From NCBI GenBank assembly GCA_964106915.2, contig OZ066915.1: DNA of 64,000 bases; one strand, written 5' to 3'. The translations under genes were made by a program, and so were the position numbers. Below the pieces are notes generated by a model. The model was not told the DNA's origin, searched no databases, and saw nothing but the letters and a program-made list of their open reading frames with translations. This stretch comes from Podarcis gaigeae (taxonomy: Eukaryota). Every line of letters starts with the position of its first letter. The first letter of the stretch is position 1. Shown one piece after another: positions 25,751 to 39,304 of the stretch.

Positions 25751-28209
25751 GTCTAGCTTCTTAGTGGGAGACTGGTTGCTGTAGAAACTGCAGGCTTTGG
25801 AATTGCTCTCCAAGCTAATAGTGAAGAGGGTCACAAGACCAGTTATTCTCTGCGACTTCATACAGTGTGTATGTGCAGTGTTTTGCCTTTCCAACCCTAC
25901 AGACATATTTTTTGGGTAGGGCACTAAAATAGCCAGTTTTCTAAAATTACTGCCCCATAAATTCTTCTAAATGGAACAATTCTAACTAGTCCTACAATCC
26001 CTTCAAAAATGAGCAACTACGTTTTGGATGAACTTGGTGATTTTGATTATCTGTTGATATTTACAGGTCGCCTATATGTGCATTAAAGTTAGGTATTGAA
26101 AATTGTGTGGCTGAGCTGTGACCCACAGAGTCACAATAGATTTTCAGTTTAGCTTCTTGCTGCGAAAAACTTGCTCGTCTATTCATTCAGAGGATTATAA
26201 ATGCAGCCCCCAACTATATTTTGAAGAAACATCCCCATAGATTTCCTGAAAATGAAAACACTCCCGAGAGATGCTTAACAAAATGATCCGGTCAGCATAG
26301 CCAGGGAACGGAAAATCCTGATCATTCTGCAAGCGCCGTGCTTGCTTGGCCTTCATTTCCTCCTGCAGGCAGGTGAGTCACAAATATCTGAAGCGTGTAA
26401 TGTGACAGATTTCACTAAAGTACTATGAAATTCCCTGTGTAATACACATTTGTGTGCCACACAACCGGTAGCATTTAGGAAGTATTAATTGGCTGCAGCT
26501 ACCAGAGCTGGCTGGGATGTTGAGACAGGAAAGCTGCAAACTAGTGGAATCCCAAGTTTACGCCAGAGAAAGCTAGAAGGCAAAAAAGTGGTTAGTTTTT
26601 TATTTGGCTTCGAAAATGCAGTTCATTCTGAAGAAAAGTTCCTGTTACAGAGCTGAAAATGGCCATACCCTTATTGAAGGGTGGAGTTAATTTGAAATGT
26701 GTTGTTGCTGTTATTCCATGTTCTTCACTTTGCCTACTGAGAGGTGGTTGTGCAGTCAACCATTTTAATTCCTTTAGATGAGTGCACTCAATTGGGTCCA
26801 TGTAAACGTGGCTGAAACACCTTCCCTTCTTTATTTTTACAACTCTCCAATACTGGAGGTGGGGAAAATATCTGTATTGCGCTGCACGTAACAGTGACGT
26901 TTGAAACCTCTGTTCACTGAGCTGGGGTGATGGTGGAAGGATGTTCACAAACATTTAAATGACTCAGATAAGGAATGTTTGACAACGGCTCCTTCACAGA
27001 AGCTAGATTGCCATTTACCTGAGCCCTAGGGACAGAAGTAGCATTGTGGGGAGGGGATAACAAGGAAGAAAACAGAGAGAGAGAACACGTTGATATATTG
27101 ATGCTAGAAGCCTCAGAACCAAGATGGGTGAGCAGGAGTGCCTTCCAGATACCTTAGGATTTCAGGAAGCAAATACTCTGGAGAGTAACAAAGAAAAGCA
27201 AGATAAGTAAATCACTCCAAAGGTTTGCAAGAGTTACAGGAATAGGCTTATGAAAAAAGTAGAAAGATACAAGAGGTTTTCAGGACTGAGACTCTGTGCC
27301 AGTGGAGCTATCGAGTTTAAACTGACTGTGCTGGTGTGCCCTAAAAGTTATATAGCATTCGATGGGGTTCTGACCATTGTGGCACCTGCTGTCTCTCCAA
27401 CACTAAAGAAACCATGAGTAAAGAAGTGGTGTTTAGCTGCGTTTAGGCACCTGTAAGCAATACAGTGTTCTTTTTCTATAGCTGTTTTTAGCACTTCGTT
27501 TCTACTTACCCCACTCTAAGTATTATTTTGCCTTCCTTGTTTTCATGGGCAAGTTGAATAACTTAAGGTGAATGGTGTTCTGCTGTTTTTCCATTTTCTA
27601 CTGGCATTGTTTCCTATGCAGAGGTGCATAGCCTCTGCTGCTGTTTTATCCCTAAACACCAAGGGAAGAACATAAGGAGAGCCTGTTGAATCAGGCCAGC
27701 GACCCATCTAGTCCTGCACCCTGAGCTCAAAAGGCACTGTGGAAGTCAAGACAGCTGAACTCTGCTAAAAGGGCACAGACAACTGAGGGTCTTTACAAAC
27801 TCTGTTCAGGTGGCCATGCCAAACGTTTCAGGGATGTTTGCTCAAAACATAACCCCACAGGACACTTGCTTGGATGTTGTAATCCAAGAACTGGTCATCT
27901 GACTTGCAGAACTTGAAAGAGGCGTCACTATCAAGATGGCAACATGCAAAAAAAAAATCCTCTCTGGATTTCAGAATAATTGGGAGCAGATAAGATTTCA
28001 TCCCACCCTTGGCAGAATGAGAGAATGTGGGAGTCTTGGAGATGGTTGGCCCCCATGATGGGGAAAGGGAAGCTGTGAAAAGGCCATGGTCTCATGGTCT
28101 GCATTGTTGGGGGAGTTCCATTGTTCCTTATTTCACAATTATGTACCTGAACCGCAAGACAAGACCAAAAAAAAATTATTATTTTCCTGGCAAGTGCAAC
28201 TCTTCAAAT

Positions 28210-28747
28210 CAGGGGTCGGCAAATTTTTTTAGCGGTGGGCCGGGGAGGGGGGGGAGCTGAAATAAGAGGCGAGGGGGGCAAGTAGTCCTCCCCTCCCCCC
28301 ACCCCCAGCCACTGTGCTTACCTTCCCAGGGGCTGCCGCTGCTGCTTCTCATGGGTAGGCAAAGCGAACTTGTCCGCTCCGCTCTCTGGCCCACCGGAGC
28401 ACCAGGGTGGGGATGGGGACAGGAGGAAGAGGCCGAGCGACGACAAGAGGAAGAGGCTGAGCAGCGACAGCTCTGCCGGTGATGGGAGGAAGAAGCCCAG
28501 TGGCGGCGGCTCTACCAATCAAACGCCACACCAGGTTTACCTCAGCGCGGGGACGTCTCTGCCAATCAAATGCCGCTGAGGTAAACCAGGTGTGGCGTTT
28601 GAGAGGCAGAGCTGCCATCACTCAGCCTCTTCCTCCCGTCGCCATTGCTGGGAGTCTCTGCGGTGGTTTCTGGCTTCACGGCGCGGGCCAGATTTAGGAC
28701 CCAGGTCGGCATGATCCAGCCCGGGGGCCGTAGTTTGCCAACCCCTG
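28210..28747. mobile_element. Non-autonomous hAT element, GC/CpG-rich
   Basis: TIRs caggggtcggcaaa / tttgccaacccctg; imperfect 8-bp TSD cttcaaat / ctttacat (6/8). Confidence 0.85.
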
Positions 28748-29109
28748 CTTTACATGGTAGTAAGAGATTGACAGAACTGCTTCTGTAGATGGGGTTGGTT
28801 ATGCTCAATCTGGAGGCATGAAGCTGACATTTTGTGAGCTGCAGATCTGAAGGAAGGATGTGAGGCCTGGTTTCTTTTTCACCTGGGCTTTTTCACCATC
28901 GGCAGCCATACCACTGGTGTGCTCATCGTTCCAGTTCCGCATGCTCTGCCAACAGCCTCTTCTGATGTTACCCAGTTGGCATCAGTGCTACTGTAGTGTG
29001 GTCTCCTCACACGCCACTCATGTAAGGTGTGAAGCCTAATGCTAGTACAGAAAAGGCTTCTGACTTGGCTACTCACGCAAGCATAATCCCAGATCCCACT
29101 GAGTAAATA

Positions 29110-29368
29110 GCGTATTTTTTGCTCTATAAGACTCACTTTTTCCCTCCTAAAAAGTAAGGGGAAATGTGTGTGCGTCTTATGGAGCAAATGCAAGCTGTGC
29201 AGCTATCACAGAAGCCAGAACAGCAAGAGGGATTGCTGCTTTCACTGTGCAGATATCTCTCTTGCTGTTCTGGCTTCTGAGATTCAGAATATTTTTTTTC
29301 TTGTTTTCCTCCTCCAAAAACTAGGTGCGTCTTGTGATCTGGTGCGTCTTATAGAGCGAAAAATACGG
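29110..29368. mobile_element. Tc1/mariner(pogo)-type MITE
   Basis: TA flanks; TIRs cgtattttttgctctataagac / gtcttatagagcgaaaaatacg; related to 6171-6355. Confidence 0.85.
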
Positions 29369-31085
29369 TAATTTGTGGGTTGGTTGGATTCAGAACTTCC
29401 TTCAGAAGAGAGAACTTAGGCACTTGTTTGCATGAAAAGGTTACACTTCATTATTTGCACTTTCCAGACACACGGGTATTTTTATTTCAGCAAGCTTTTT
29501 CGGCTAGATGACAAGGGGTTCACTTTGTATTATTTTTTTTGAAACCTACATATCTTCAATTGTGCTGTACCTTTCTAAAAACTACTTTTAGCTGTTCAAA
29601 TGGCTTGTTTGTAAATCCCCTTGAGATATAAGTAAAAGGTCTTTCATGAATCAATAGTAACACACATTGTGATCCTGTCCTTGTCTACTGAGAAGCAAGT
29701 CCCACTGCGTTTAAGGGGGTTTATTCTTAGGTAAGTGGGTTATGAGATTGTGGCTCAAATCTCCTGTTTTATGAATGCAGCTGGTGGGACATGCAGTTAG
29801 CCAAGGTCTAAAGAGCTGTTGCACATGCTCACAGCTGGGTGTGTGGATGAGGATGTTTGTTTGTTAACAGAGCCTGGAGCTGTGTTTGTACCAGTTCCTT
29901 GTTGCAATATTTCTTTCATCAGCTCTTCCTCAGGTGAGGCCCTCACGTAGCATGGGGTGTTGCTATATTGAAGCATTGTTGAAACAAAAAGTCACGTGTT
30001 TTCAAAGTTCACTGAACAGCTGTTTCTGTTCCTGATCTCTATCAGGAAGAGAGTACAAGGCCTTTGCATTTTACTAAACTGCATTTGCAAATAGACTTCT
30101 GCTCCAGGGAATGACAATTGCCACATTTTGTATTGGGCTGTCAGCAGTGCTGTCCCCCGCCCCCCCCCCCAAAAAAAATAGCTTTAAAAGCTCAACAACT
30201 TTGGCCAAAAAAAGAGAAAAGCTCAACTTTTCTGTCTGGATCTTCACTTTGAAATATGGCAACCCTAGTTAAGAAGGGATCATAGGGGCTGGGATCCTTT
30301 TGTGGGGCCCACTAAAATACTTGAGGGGGTCAGGGCCTCCTAAAGTTGATGGGCACTGCCATTCAAATGGTTTCCATATGTCTTGTGGTTGATTATGTGT
30401 GATGCCACTTACATGAGCTCCCCCAATATTATCTAATTTGGCATCCCTGGAAGGGATGGTCCCATTTTGACCTTTTAACACTTTAAATCTGGCAGGACTG
30501 AATTATATTAAATTGCCCAAGGTCACATACTGAGCATCATGGCTGCGGAGAGATTTGGACTCATACTCTTCAGTTCCAACACTGATCTACTGTTTATACA
30601 CAGGGCTAGTCATATTTGTTCATTCCATGCATGTAAAATTCAACGTGCAGCCTTGTACCCAAAAAACCAAATTTGGGTTCCTTGCTGTTATGGAAGATGT
30701 GCAGTCCAAATTGTGCAAAACCTCACATACAGGGAGCTCCGAAGAAAGCAGGAGAATAGTGCATATCTTTGCAAGTGTGCACCATTTATTGGGATTGTGG
30801 GATCTGTGTTTTTCTTGGCGAAGAGTTCAGGTTTGGAAGGTTTGTTTTGCACAGAGTATTATGGCTGCTGCCTTACCATTCCTTTGCTGGCAACCAGCCC
30901 AGGGGGTATTGATTGATGTTTCGCCAGTGGGAGATAATGAGAAGGAGGTTGCCCCTTGATAAGTGGGGAATCTCTCTCTCAAGTGTTTGGAATGAGAGAC
31001 CCTTCAGAGCCTTGAAAGGATAACACTCCTCCAGCTGAGAGGAGGAAGCTAGAGAGAAATGGCAAAGAGGAGTTGTGAGAAGGAG

Positions 31086-31091
<6 letters not shown>

Positions 31092-31117
<26 letters not shown>

Positions 31118-31118
31118 C

Positions 31119-31151
<33 letters not shown>
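31092..31151. repeat. Compound microsatellite (GA)n-(GC)n-(CA)n
   Basis: Read directly from the sequence. Confidence 0.9.
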
Positions 31152-32047
31152 CATGCATTTAGAGCACATGACTTCCCCCCAATAATCCTGTAGCCGACCC
31201 CTCACACAGCTGCAGTTCCCAGCAGCCTAACAAACTAATTTCGAGGATTCTTTAGAAGACACGTGCTTTTAATGTATGTTGTATATGCAGCCTCAGGGTT
31301 TATGGCTGCAATGAAGTGTAGTCCAATAGTATGGCTAGGTTCTTACAAGACTCAGGCCACAGATCCATGACACAAATATTTCTTGGGGGGGAGGGAACCC
31401 TGCATAAGTTGTAAATTTAGGCAAACTTTCAGAGAGAAAGCTGTCCTGTAAACAAAGTATGATTTAAAAAATTAGAAGGGATGGGAGATCTGGGGGCCGG
31501 TGCAAAAGTCCTAGTGCTCAGGTATAGCTTGACGAAGGTGTGCTTTTTTTTGCTTCCTTTGCTGGGATATTTGTTAACCAAGCATATACTGCAGTGAGTA
31601 TGTGCTACATGGCTCAAGTGTGCCCTCGTCCAAAGGAAATGAAACCTGATAATGCAGGCTTTGAAACGTATCACCGCTTGCAGATCTGGAGGATGGACAA
31701 AATGAAGAAAACTGGTCATAGGACAAGGGGCAAGAGGACAAGAGGAGAAAGGAGATGTGCCAGAGGGGCTTGAAGAACGAGGAATAACTAGGATACACCC
31801 TGATGAGTGAACAACTCCATCGTGGTAATTTTAGGCTAAGGCTCGGCTGGTGCCTTTATCACAGTGTGATTCCTTCTGTTATGGTGGGATGGTGGATTAG
31901 TGGCCATGAAGGGACTGTTTGGGCAGCATCTTCATGGCAGGCATGGTGCATTCTCAGGACTAAAGTCAGCTGATCTACACATTCAGAATTACAATATACT
32001 ATTGACCTCCAACACCTGGACCAATTCAGACTGTCACCACGTCACGG

Positions 32048-32119
32048 TGATTCGAGCCGCCGACCTTCTGATCGGCAAACCCAAGGCTCAGTGGTTTAGA
32101 CCACAGCGCCACCCGTGTC
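32048..32119 (-). mobile_element. Sauria SINE 5' head fragment
   Basis: gattcgagccgccgaccttctgatcggcaa...gaccacagcgccacccgtgtc matches the head of the 7314-7685 copy. Confidence 0.85.
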
Positions 32120-34664
32120 ATAAAGGTCTCCAATTGTTCTCCCAGCAGATGCTTCAGGCTCTGGGTTTTCATTTATAAAAAGTAAGTCTCTAGCCCCCCT
32201 AGAAAGAATGTTATGCGTTGGAGTCAAAATGTCTCTAAATGTCCAGACTGGTGCTGCTCAATCTTTTCATGGGAAGTAATAATAACTTACAGCTCAAACC
32301 TCTATTGAGTTCTCTTTTGTTAACAAGGCTCATAGTAATGAGATACTAGAAGAACTTAGAGGGTGCTTGCTTCTCTGACAAATTGGTCTAATAAAATAGT
32401 ATATGTCCCCCCCCCCCAAAAAAAAAGGACTAATAAATTGGAATTGGCACAAGGTTTGAAGCACAAAGACTCTTTGTAACTGATTGACAAAGCTTTCTTA
32501 TGTATACAACTAAATATGAAAACAGGATTTTGGGTTAACACAAACTGTTTTATCACTTTCTATACAGATTGGTTGTCTGGGATAAGAACTTACTATGTTA
32601 TTTGGATGTTATTGTGGACCTGTTGCCTTAAACACCATCATCTGGGTTAGGGTAGTATATTTTATTACTGTGCAATGTTGATATAGGCTATAAGAACATA
32701 ATAGATAAATAAATTTTTCAAAGTACGTTACGAAGCAAAATATGCAGGTATCTTTCTAAAAGATCTCTTTGCAATGAGCCAGCCTAGCTGCTCCCACCAT
32801 TTAGTGTTTTCAACCAGTAAGTGAAGTGAGAGCTGTGATTGATAAGTGATAGCAATAAGAACACCTGGTGTGTATATAACTTTGGCGAACACAATAATAT
32901 TGATGGCGCTCACTGCAGAAAGTCATGTTCTGATGCCTCATTCATTATTTGCTGCTGGATTCCATTCATTCCATGAAAAACCCACATGTTACTATGAATT
33001 TGCAAGCAAGAAGCAGAGCTGGAATCTAAAATGTGCTTTGTGTGAAACAAGGATAGGCTTTAGAAATAACTGCTGTGCTGTGCTTGCCAATCCAAAGGGA
33101 GGGTTTCATAGTCATAGAGATGTCAAGTGTGATGGGTGCCTGACATGCATGCTGTGACAATAATGTAATTTGCAGACATTGGAGTACAATAGCAAGGAAA
33201 GTGGGGAATTACTGATGTGAAATGTTCGTGATAGCAAATGATCCTGAAATTGTGGCATTTGGGGAAAGAAAAAGATAGGCAGGCAAGACACAGATGGCAA
33301 GATTACGATCGGCAAAGCATGCTCTTTTCTGGATGCTTAAAAAAACCATTTCTATGTTTCAATGGCTGTATGCAGAGCATCAATCTTGGTTTTATTATAA
33401 CTGAGTGTGGGTGGGATCGTTACAGCATGGAAGTGAACCACAATGGTGCCACATTGACCGACTGGTAGTAGAGAAAACCCTGGGCACCTAGGCTTGTTTC
33501 TTTCCTACCTAGAACAAAATATTAACATGTTTAGCCAAAAAATCACAATCCACAAATGTAGATCTTTTAAATATGGAAGCAGGCTCAGAAACAGTTCTAA
33601 CAGCACAGGTTTTCTTTCCCCACAGGTTTGCCCGTTAACCCACAAACTTCCACACTCTTTAAGTGACTGTTAAAACACAAATACCAAATGGCAGTATATC
33701 ATTTGGAAGATCTGGGTTCTATTTTCATCAGCTGTTGCCCTGAACTATTTTTTGCCATTCCAAAAAAAATCCAAGCATCCCACATTGATACCTCTGATAT
33801 TAAACAAAAAGGAAAAGGAGTTTGGGGTCCTTAAATTGTTGCATTTCTTGTATCCGAAAATAAAATGAAAATTCTTCACGTACTAGAATGTGCATCTAGT
33901 TCAGAATTGTTCTCTTCTGGATTCTGGCTGTTGTGGAAAAACATCCAGACATTCTTATGAGGAGAAAAGATCTGGTTCAGCCTCAGCAGGAAACAGGAGC
34001 CTCAGGACCGGTTGAAGTATATAATAATGGTGAGTGTTGTCAGTAGCCTACAGCACTACAGAGCACTATCAGCTTCTCTGTGATAATGTGTTTTGTGTGC
34101 ATTGCTTTGCCAAAAAGGGGGGGGGGGCTGGAGTGAGCCTATCTTTTATGTTCAGGCCACAGAAGAAAACAGGAAATCATCTTAACCAGCAAAAGTGGGT
34201 TCTCTTGTGCTGGAGGGCTTTTTCGATGGCGCATTTAGCACTCCTCTGGTGCTAGATAAGCATTAAGCACTTCTGTTGTGCATGGGAGGTTTCAAAGCCC
34301 CACTCTGACTAACACATGCTGTTGTGTGAAGAACGAGCTTCCAAGACCCCCTCCTTAGAAACCATCCTTTAATGAATCGTTTCTCTTGAAAAGTATTTCA
34401 CTTTCTATCTTTGGGACAAGGTTGAGTGGAGGGACAGAGCTGCTCTCTTGAGTTGAGCAAACTGCAAACTGTGGTCTGGCTCCTAAATATTAAGAGTTAG
34501 ACTGCTTTATTATTTTTGCATGGCTGATGCTGGCCTTTAATGGTATTTTGAAGGAAATGGATGCTTTAAATGGGTTTAGTGTTACATTTATTGTGTATGT
34601 CTCAAAGCAACAGACAAGGTTGCAGGAACCAAAAACAACAACAACTCATAATAAAATGAGTATA

Positions 34665-34890
34665 CAGTGGTACCTCAAGTTAAGTACTTAATTCGTTCCA
34701 GAGGTCTGTTCTTAACCTGAAACTGTTCTTAACCTGAAGCATCGCTTTAGCTAATGGGGCCTCCTGCTGCCGCTGCACCGCTGGAGCACGATTTCTGTTC
34801 TCATCCTGAAGCAAAGTTCTTAACCCGAGGTACTATTTCTGGGTTAGCAGAGTCTGTAACCTGAAGCGTATGTAACCTGAAGTTCCACTG
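34665..34890. mobile_element. Tc1/mariner-type MITE, complete
   Basis: TA|cagtggtacctcaagtta ... taacctgaagttccactg|TA. Confidence 0.88.
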
Positions 34891-35007
34891 TAAATTGTGA
34901 CTTATGAATAGGCGGAACAAGACTACATACACATGAGTGATAGCCATTGTGGTGTGACAAAACAATTTCTCCAAATTTCTCAGTTTTTTTCACTCCTGTA
35001 CCAGCAG

Positions 35008-35428
35008 CATGTTTGGCACCAGCTTGGCTGCGGGAGTTGCCAGAAGGAGGCATTCAAGGCACCAGCCAACAGTCTTAGGGACTCCACTGCAGATTTGTGC
35101 AGGCTTTTCTTCTCCTTGAAGATATCATGGAATGCTGAGAAGGTTTAGAATCAGAGCTTTCCTTCTTCTAGATGGGCTACTTTCCCAGGTTGAGGAGCCC
35201 CATCTTCCCCTCATCTACAGCACATGCAGAAACTGCCTTCTTGACCATTGAACCCACTATTGGTCTTATCTGATCATTCCACTGGAGCCTGTCTTCACCC
35301 ATCAGCTACCCTCTCTTGGCTTAGCCAGCCAGTCAAAGCCATTCCCAGGGTGTGGCTGCCATTGCATGCTGACAACTTCTAGGAGCCACAAGTGAGAGCT
35401 GAGTGCAGGGTGATGACCAATGGTTGGT
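35008..35428 (-). mobile_element. RTE-related retroelement 5' region fragment
   Basis: Contains tttccttcttctagatgggctactttcccaggttga, the reverse complement of a motif I recognise from RTE-clade 5' regions. Family assignment is from memory. Confidence 0.55.
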
Positions 35429-35431
35429 CAT

Positions 35432-35816
35432 CATTGGCTCCCAGTACATTTCCGAACACAATTCAAAGTGTTTGTGCTGACCTTTAAAGCCCTAAGTGGC
35501 CTTGGTTCAGTATACCTGAAGGAGCGTCTCCACCCGCATCATTCAACCCAGACTCTGAGGTCCGATGCCAAGGGCCTTCTGGTGGTTCCCTCATTGCGAG
35601 AAGAGAAGTTACAGGGAACCAGGCAGAGGGCCTTCTTGATAGTGGCACCCAGCCTGTGGAACGCCCTCCCATCAGATGTCAAGAAAATCTGACGTTTTGA
35701 AGACATCTGTTTAGGGAAGTTTTTAATGACTGATGTTTTAATGTATTTTTACTATTCTGTTGGAAGCTGCCCAGATTGGCTGGGGAAACCCAGCCAGATG
35801 TGCTGGGTATAAATAA

Positions 35817-35864
<48 letters not shown>
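35432..35864 (+). mobile_element. L2 LINE 3' fragment with (TTA)n tail
   Basis: HWLPVHFRTQFKVFVLTFKAL... matches the end of ORF 61350..63110. Confidence 0.95.
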
Positions 35865-36361
35865 TAGAAATCAATGTGGGACTGGACTTTGCTTCTGCCT
35901 GCAAACTTATCTTTCCAAGCATTGATGCTACTTGCTTTGGTAGACATTTGTAGCACCATGACAGGAATAAAATCCCAGCTGCCTCTTGCAGATATCAGTA
36001 GATGTCCACAACAGCCATCCTGCACAGCTGTCGATCAGCCTGGGGCTGCCTTATTCTTACAAGGGATCATAGTTTCTAAGAATGCCACTGCATTTTGGTC
36101 GCCTTGCTCCAGCAAACTAAAGGTGTGATCCTTTACACCACAGGTGGCAAACTGCAATGTAGGGATGGATCCACTCCCCAACACAATTTTTTTTCTCTGG
36201 CTTCCTGAAGTTTGGGAAGTTGTGACAAAAGTGGGAGGGTGGGAAAGTAAACACGATGCTGGGATGAGTGCCCCATCCTTAGTAATTAGACAAATGGTCT
36301 GATGAGTGGGGAAAGAGGTCATAAGTCCTCGCCTCAGCTGATCTACATGGATCAGATGAAG

Positions 36362-36372
36362 AGGTGTGTGCA

Positions 36373-36433
<61 letters not shown>
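36362..36433. repeat. (GT)n(GA)n microsatellite abutting a SINE tail
   Basis: Read directly from the sequence. Confidence 0.9.
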
Positions 36434-36435
<2 letters not shown>

Positions 36436-36436
36436 A

Positions 36437-36682
36437 GTAAAAGGCAAAGGGACTCCTGAACGTTAGGTCCAGTTGCGGACGACTCTGAGGTTGCAGCACT
36501 CATCCCGCTTTACAGGCCAATGGAGCCGGCATTTGTCCGCAGACAGTTTTTCTAGGTCATGTTGCCAGCATGACTAAGCCACTTCTGGCAAACCAGAGCA
36601 AAGCACGGAAACGCCATTTACCTTCCTGCTGGAGTGGTACCTATTTATCTACTTGCACTTTGATGTGCTTTCAAACTGCTAG
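36437..36682 (-). mobile_element. Sauria SINE, 5'-truncated
   Basis: Colinear with the other copies from the tail to tgctttcaaactgctag. Confidence 0.92.
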
Positions 36683-36777
36683 TTCAACAACATGCAGAGG
36701 GTCCCTGATCTAGGCCATTGCCTCCACTGTTTGGCTCTGAAGTTGCCACCCTGGTGCCTGTGAGTACCATGCTGTCC

Positions 36778-37148
36778 GTAAAGGTTAAAGGGACCCCTGA
36801 CAGTTAAGTCCAGTTGCGAATGACTCTGGGGTTGTGGCGCTCATCTCGCTTTACAGGCCAAGGGAGCCGATGTTTGTCTGCGGACAGTTTTTCCGGATCA
36901 TGTGGCCAGCATGACTAAGCCGCTTCTGGCACAACGGAACACCAACACCAGAGCAGCGCATGGAAACACCGTTTATCTTCCCGCTGGAGCGCTACCTATT
37001 TATCTACTTGCACTTCAATGTGCTTTCAAGCTGTTAGGTGGGCAGGAGCTGGGACTGAGCAATGGAAGCTCACCCCATCGTGGGGATTCGAACCACTGAC
37101 CTTCTGATCGGCAAGCCCAAGGCTCTGTGGTTTAGACCACAGCACCAC
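36778..37148 (-). mobile_element. Sauria SINE, near full length
   Basis: Tail through tRNA-like head, colinear with 7314-7685. Confidence 0.93.
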
Positions 37149-37983
37149 ACACAGAGAGAGATGCTTATACCAACCACTGGCATGCTTCACTGGGAGGATT
37201 GGTGAAGGAGTGACTGCATCCCTTGGATCAAAAAAAGTGAGTCATCCCTGCTATACACACTTTACCTGGGGAGTAAGTCCTGTGGAGCTTAATAGGACTT
37301 CTCTGATTTGATCTGTGTAGGCTCGTGCTGAGTATCAGCTGCTTCTCAGGAAGATGCAAGAGCAGCTTTCTGTCCATCCTCAAGTTGACAAAATGTCGCA
37401 AGCAGCAAGGGGCAGCTCCCTCCCTCGCATAGCTAAACGACAGTCCATTAAGATTAATGGCATGACTCAGACTGAGCACCAATAAACTGGAAGAGAAAGG
37501 AAAGCTGATTCCTTAGTGAAATGGAATTCAATTCTGTGTGGATCGGTTTTCAAGTAATATGCCCCTGAGAATGTTACAAAGCAAACGAGAGACTGTCAGA
37601 GTGACGCTAGTGGGGGGGGGGGGTTAAGCTCAGCATCTGGAGCCATCAAGAAGGGGTTGCTAAACAGACCTAGAACATCTGGCATTGCTGAAGCCAAATC
37701 AGGACCAAGGACTCCTAACTGTACGTCCAGCACTCTTGTTTCATTTCCATTTTATTCATGTCCCTCCCCCACCCCCACTGCTAGTATAAAGAAAGAAGCG
37801 GGAAGGGGAGACGGTGACCTCTTTAATAAGGTTAAAGCTTAGTCACATTATTCTGCCCATTCCTGCACATACTATTGGATTTTGGATTTTATAAAAAAAA
37901 ACATGGAATAAAATACTGCTTAGTATTTTAAATATTTGCAAGTTGCTCTGGAACCTTTGTTTCATAGAAAATGATGAATAAAC

Positions 37984-37985
<2 letters not shown>

Positions 37986-38014
<29 letters not shown>

Positions 38015-38054
38015 CTTCGTCTTCTTCTTCTTCTTCTTCTTCTTCTTCTTCTTC
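37986..38054. repeat. (CTT)n microsatellite
   Basis: Read directly from the sequence. Confidence 0.95.
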
Positions 38055-39256
38055 AAGCAATTTTCTCCCACCCCATCTCTGATAGCAGAAGTCACCCTAG
38101 GTTGGAAGAAAAATGTTTAAAAGGGCCAAGCACAGCAAAGTAAGATGGAGGAGAGGGACAGGAATCGCTTCCCTTCTCCACAGACTCCATTTCATGAGAA
38201 GGGTAGATGTGTCGAGGCTGAGCCAAGAAACACACCAGAGTCAGGAAGACTTTGTTGCTCAGGCAAGGTCCCATCCCAAACACGAAGCCATTTGGCTGGC
38301 CTCTCTGTCCAAGAGGACCCAATGTTTGCTGTTGGCATCCATCTGTCTCAGGAGACTTCAGGAGAGTTACAGCGCCTGCTGTGGCTGTAGAGACCGATAC
38401 AAGAGAGACATGTTTTGTTGCAGCTGGGGTGTATAAAGGCATCCAGTTGTGCTACTACAGATGCACCATGGAGTTTCTTCTCACTGCACTCCTCCCAGCA
38501 GTCATTCCTCCTCTAGTCACTGCTGTGGATGCACAACCTGTCTGTCTCCAGGCACTGCAGTCATCTGCAAGGGATTCCCACACAGCAGGGTTAATCTTCC
38601 ACATCTGTGGATATGTATCTTTGTGTTACAAAGGGCAGAGTTGGTCTGCCCATGGGTCAGGTGCCTGACGCCAGCTCCCTGCAGAACACGTCCCGGGGGA
38701 TCCTGCCCCTTTCCATTCTACATACATGATGAAGCCAGCATAGACGTCGCTGAGACAGAACTGCAAACATGCTGGGAATGTGGGCATGGGAGAGCACATC
38801 TTAGTTTGAGATTCTCTCCTGCCATGTGATGCCCAAAACCTTCCTGAGACAGCACATATAGAAGGCATTGAGGCTCAGTCCTAGCAGGTGTAAGTTGCCC
38901 ATGACTCACTTCCATGAAGCAGCGTGCTCAACATTAGTCTGCATTAACGTGGCCAGTCCTGACCCAAGGAACTATCCCAACCTTGACATAGCTTATCACC
39001 TGGGGCAGCTGTAGGGTTCTGGCCTCGGCAGCTCCTGATAGGCTGCTCCATCATATCTACTTTGGCTGTGTGCAAATGAAGGAAGTGCATTTCGCCACCA
39101 GTTTGCCTAGGTAAAAGCCCAACTTTCCTTCTATGGGATGATGCTGGTGTACAGCTCCTAACCTGGCTTTTCACTTCTTCACTGGTCATTAGGGGACAGG
39201 AGTAGCACTGGAATGGAAAGCAGAGGGAGCTGGGAGAAAGGAATAGAATGGAACAG

Positions 39257-39261
<5 letters not shown>

Positions 39262-39300
<39 letters not shown>
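39262..39300. repeat. (GA)n microsatellite
   Basis: Read directly from the sequence. Confidence 0.95.

Positions 39301-39304
<4 letters not shown>

Noticed and set aside
38092-38915. Cluster of overlapping 65-138 aa ORFs
   Set aside because: No recognisable domain or splice structure; ~38330-38430 looks like an RTE-type repeat remnant.
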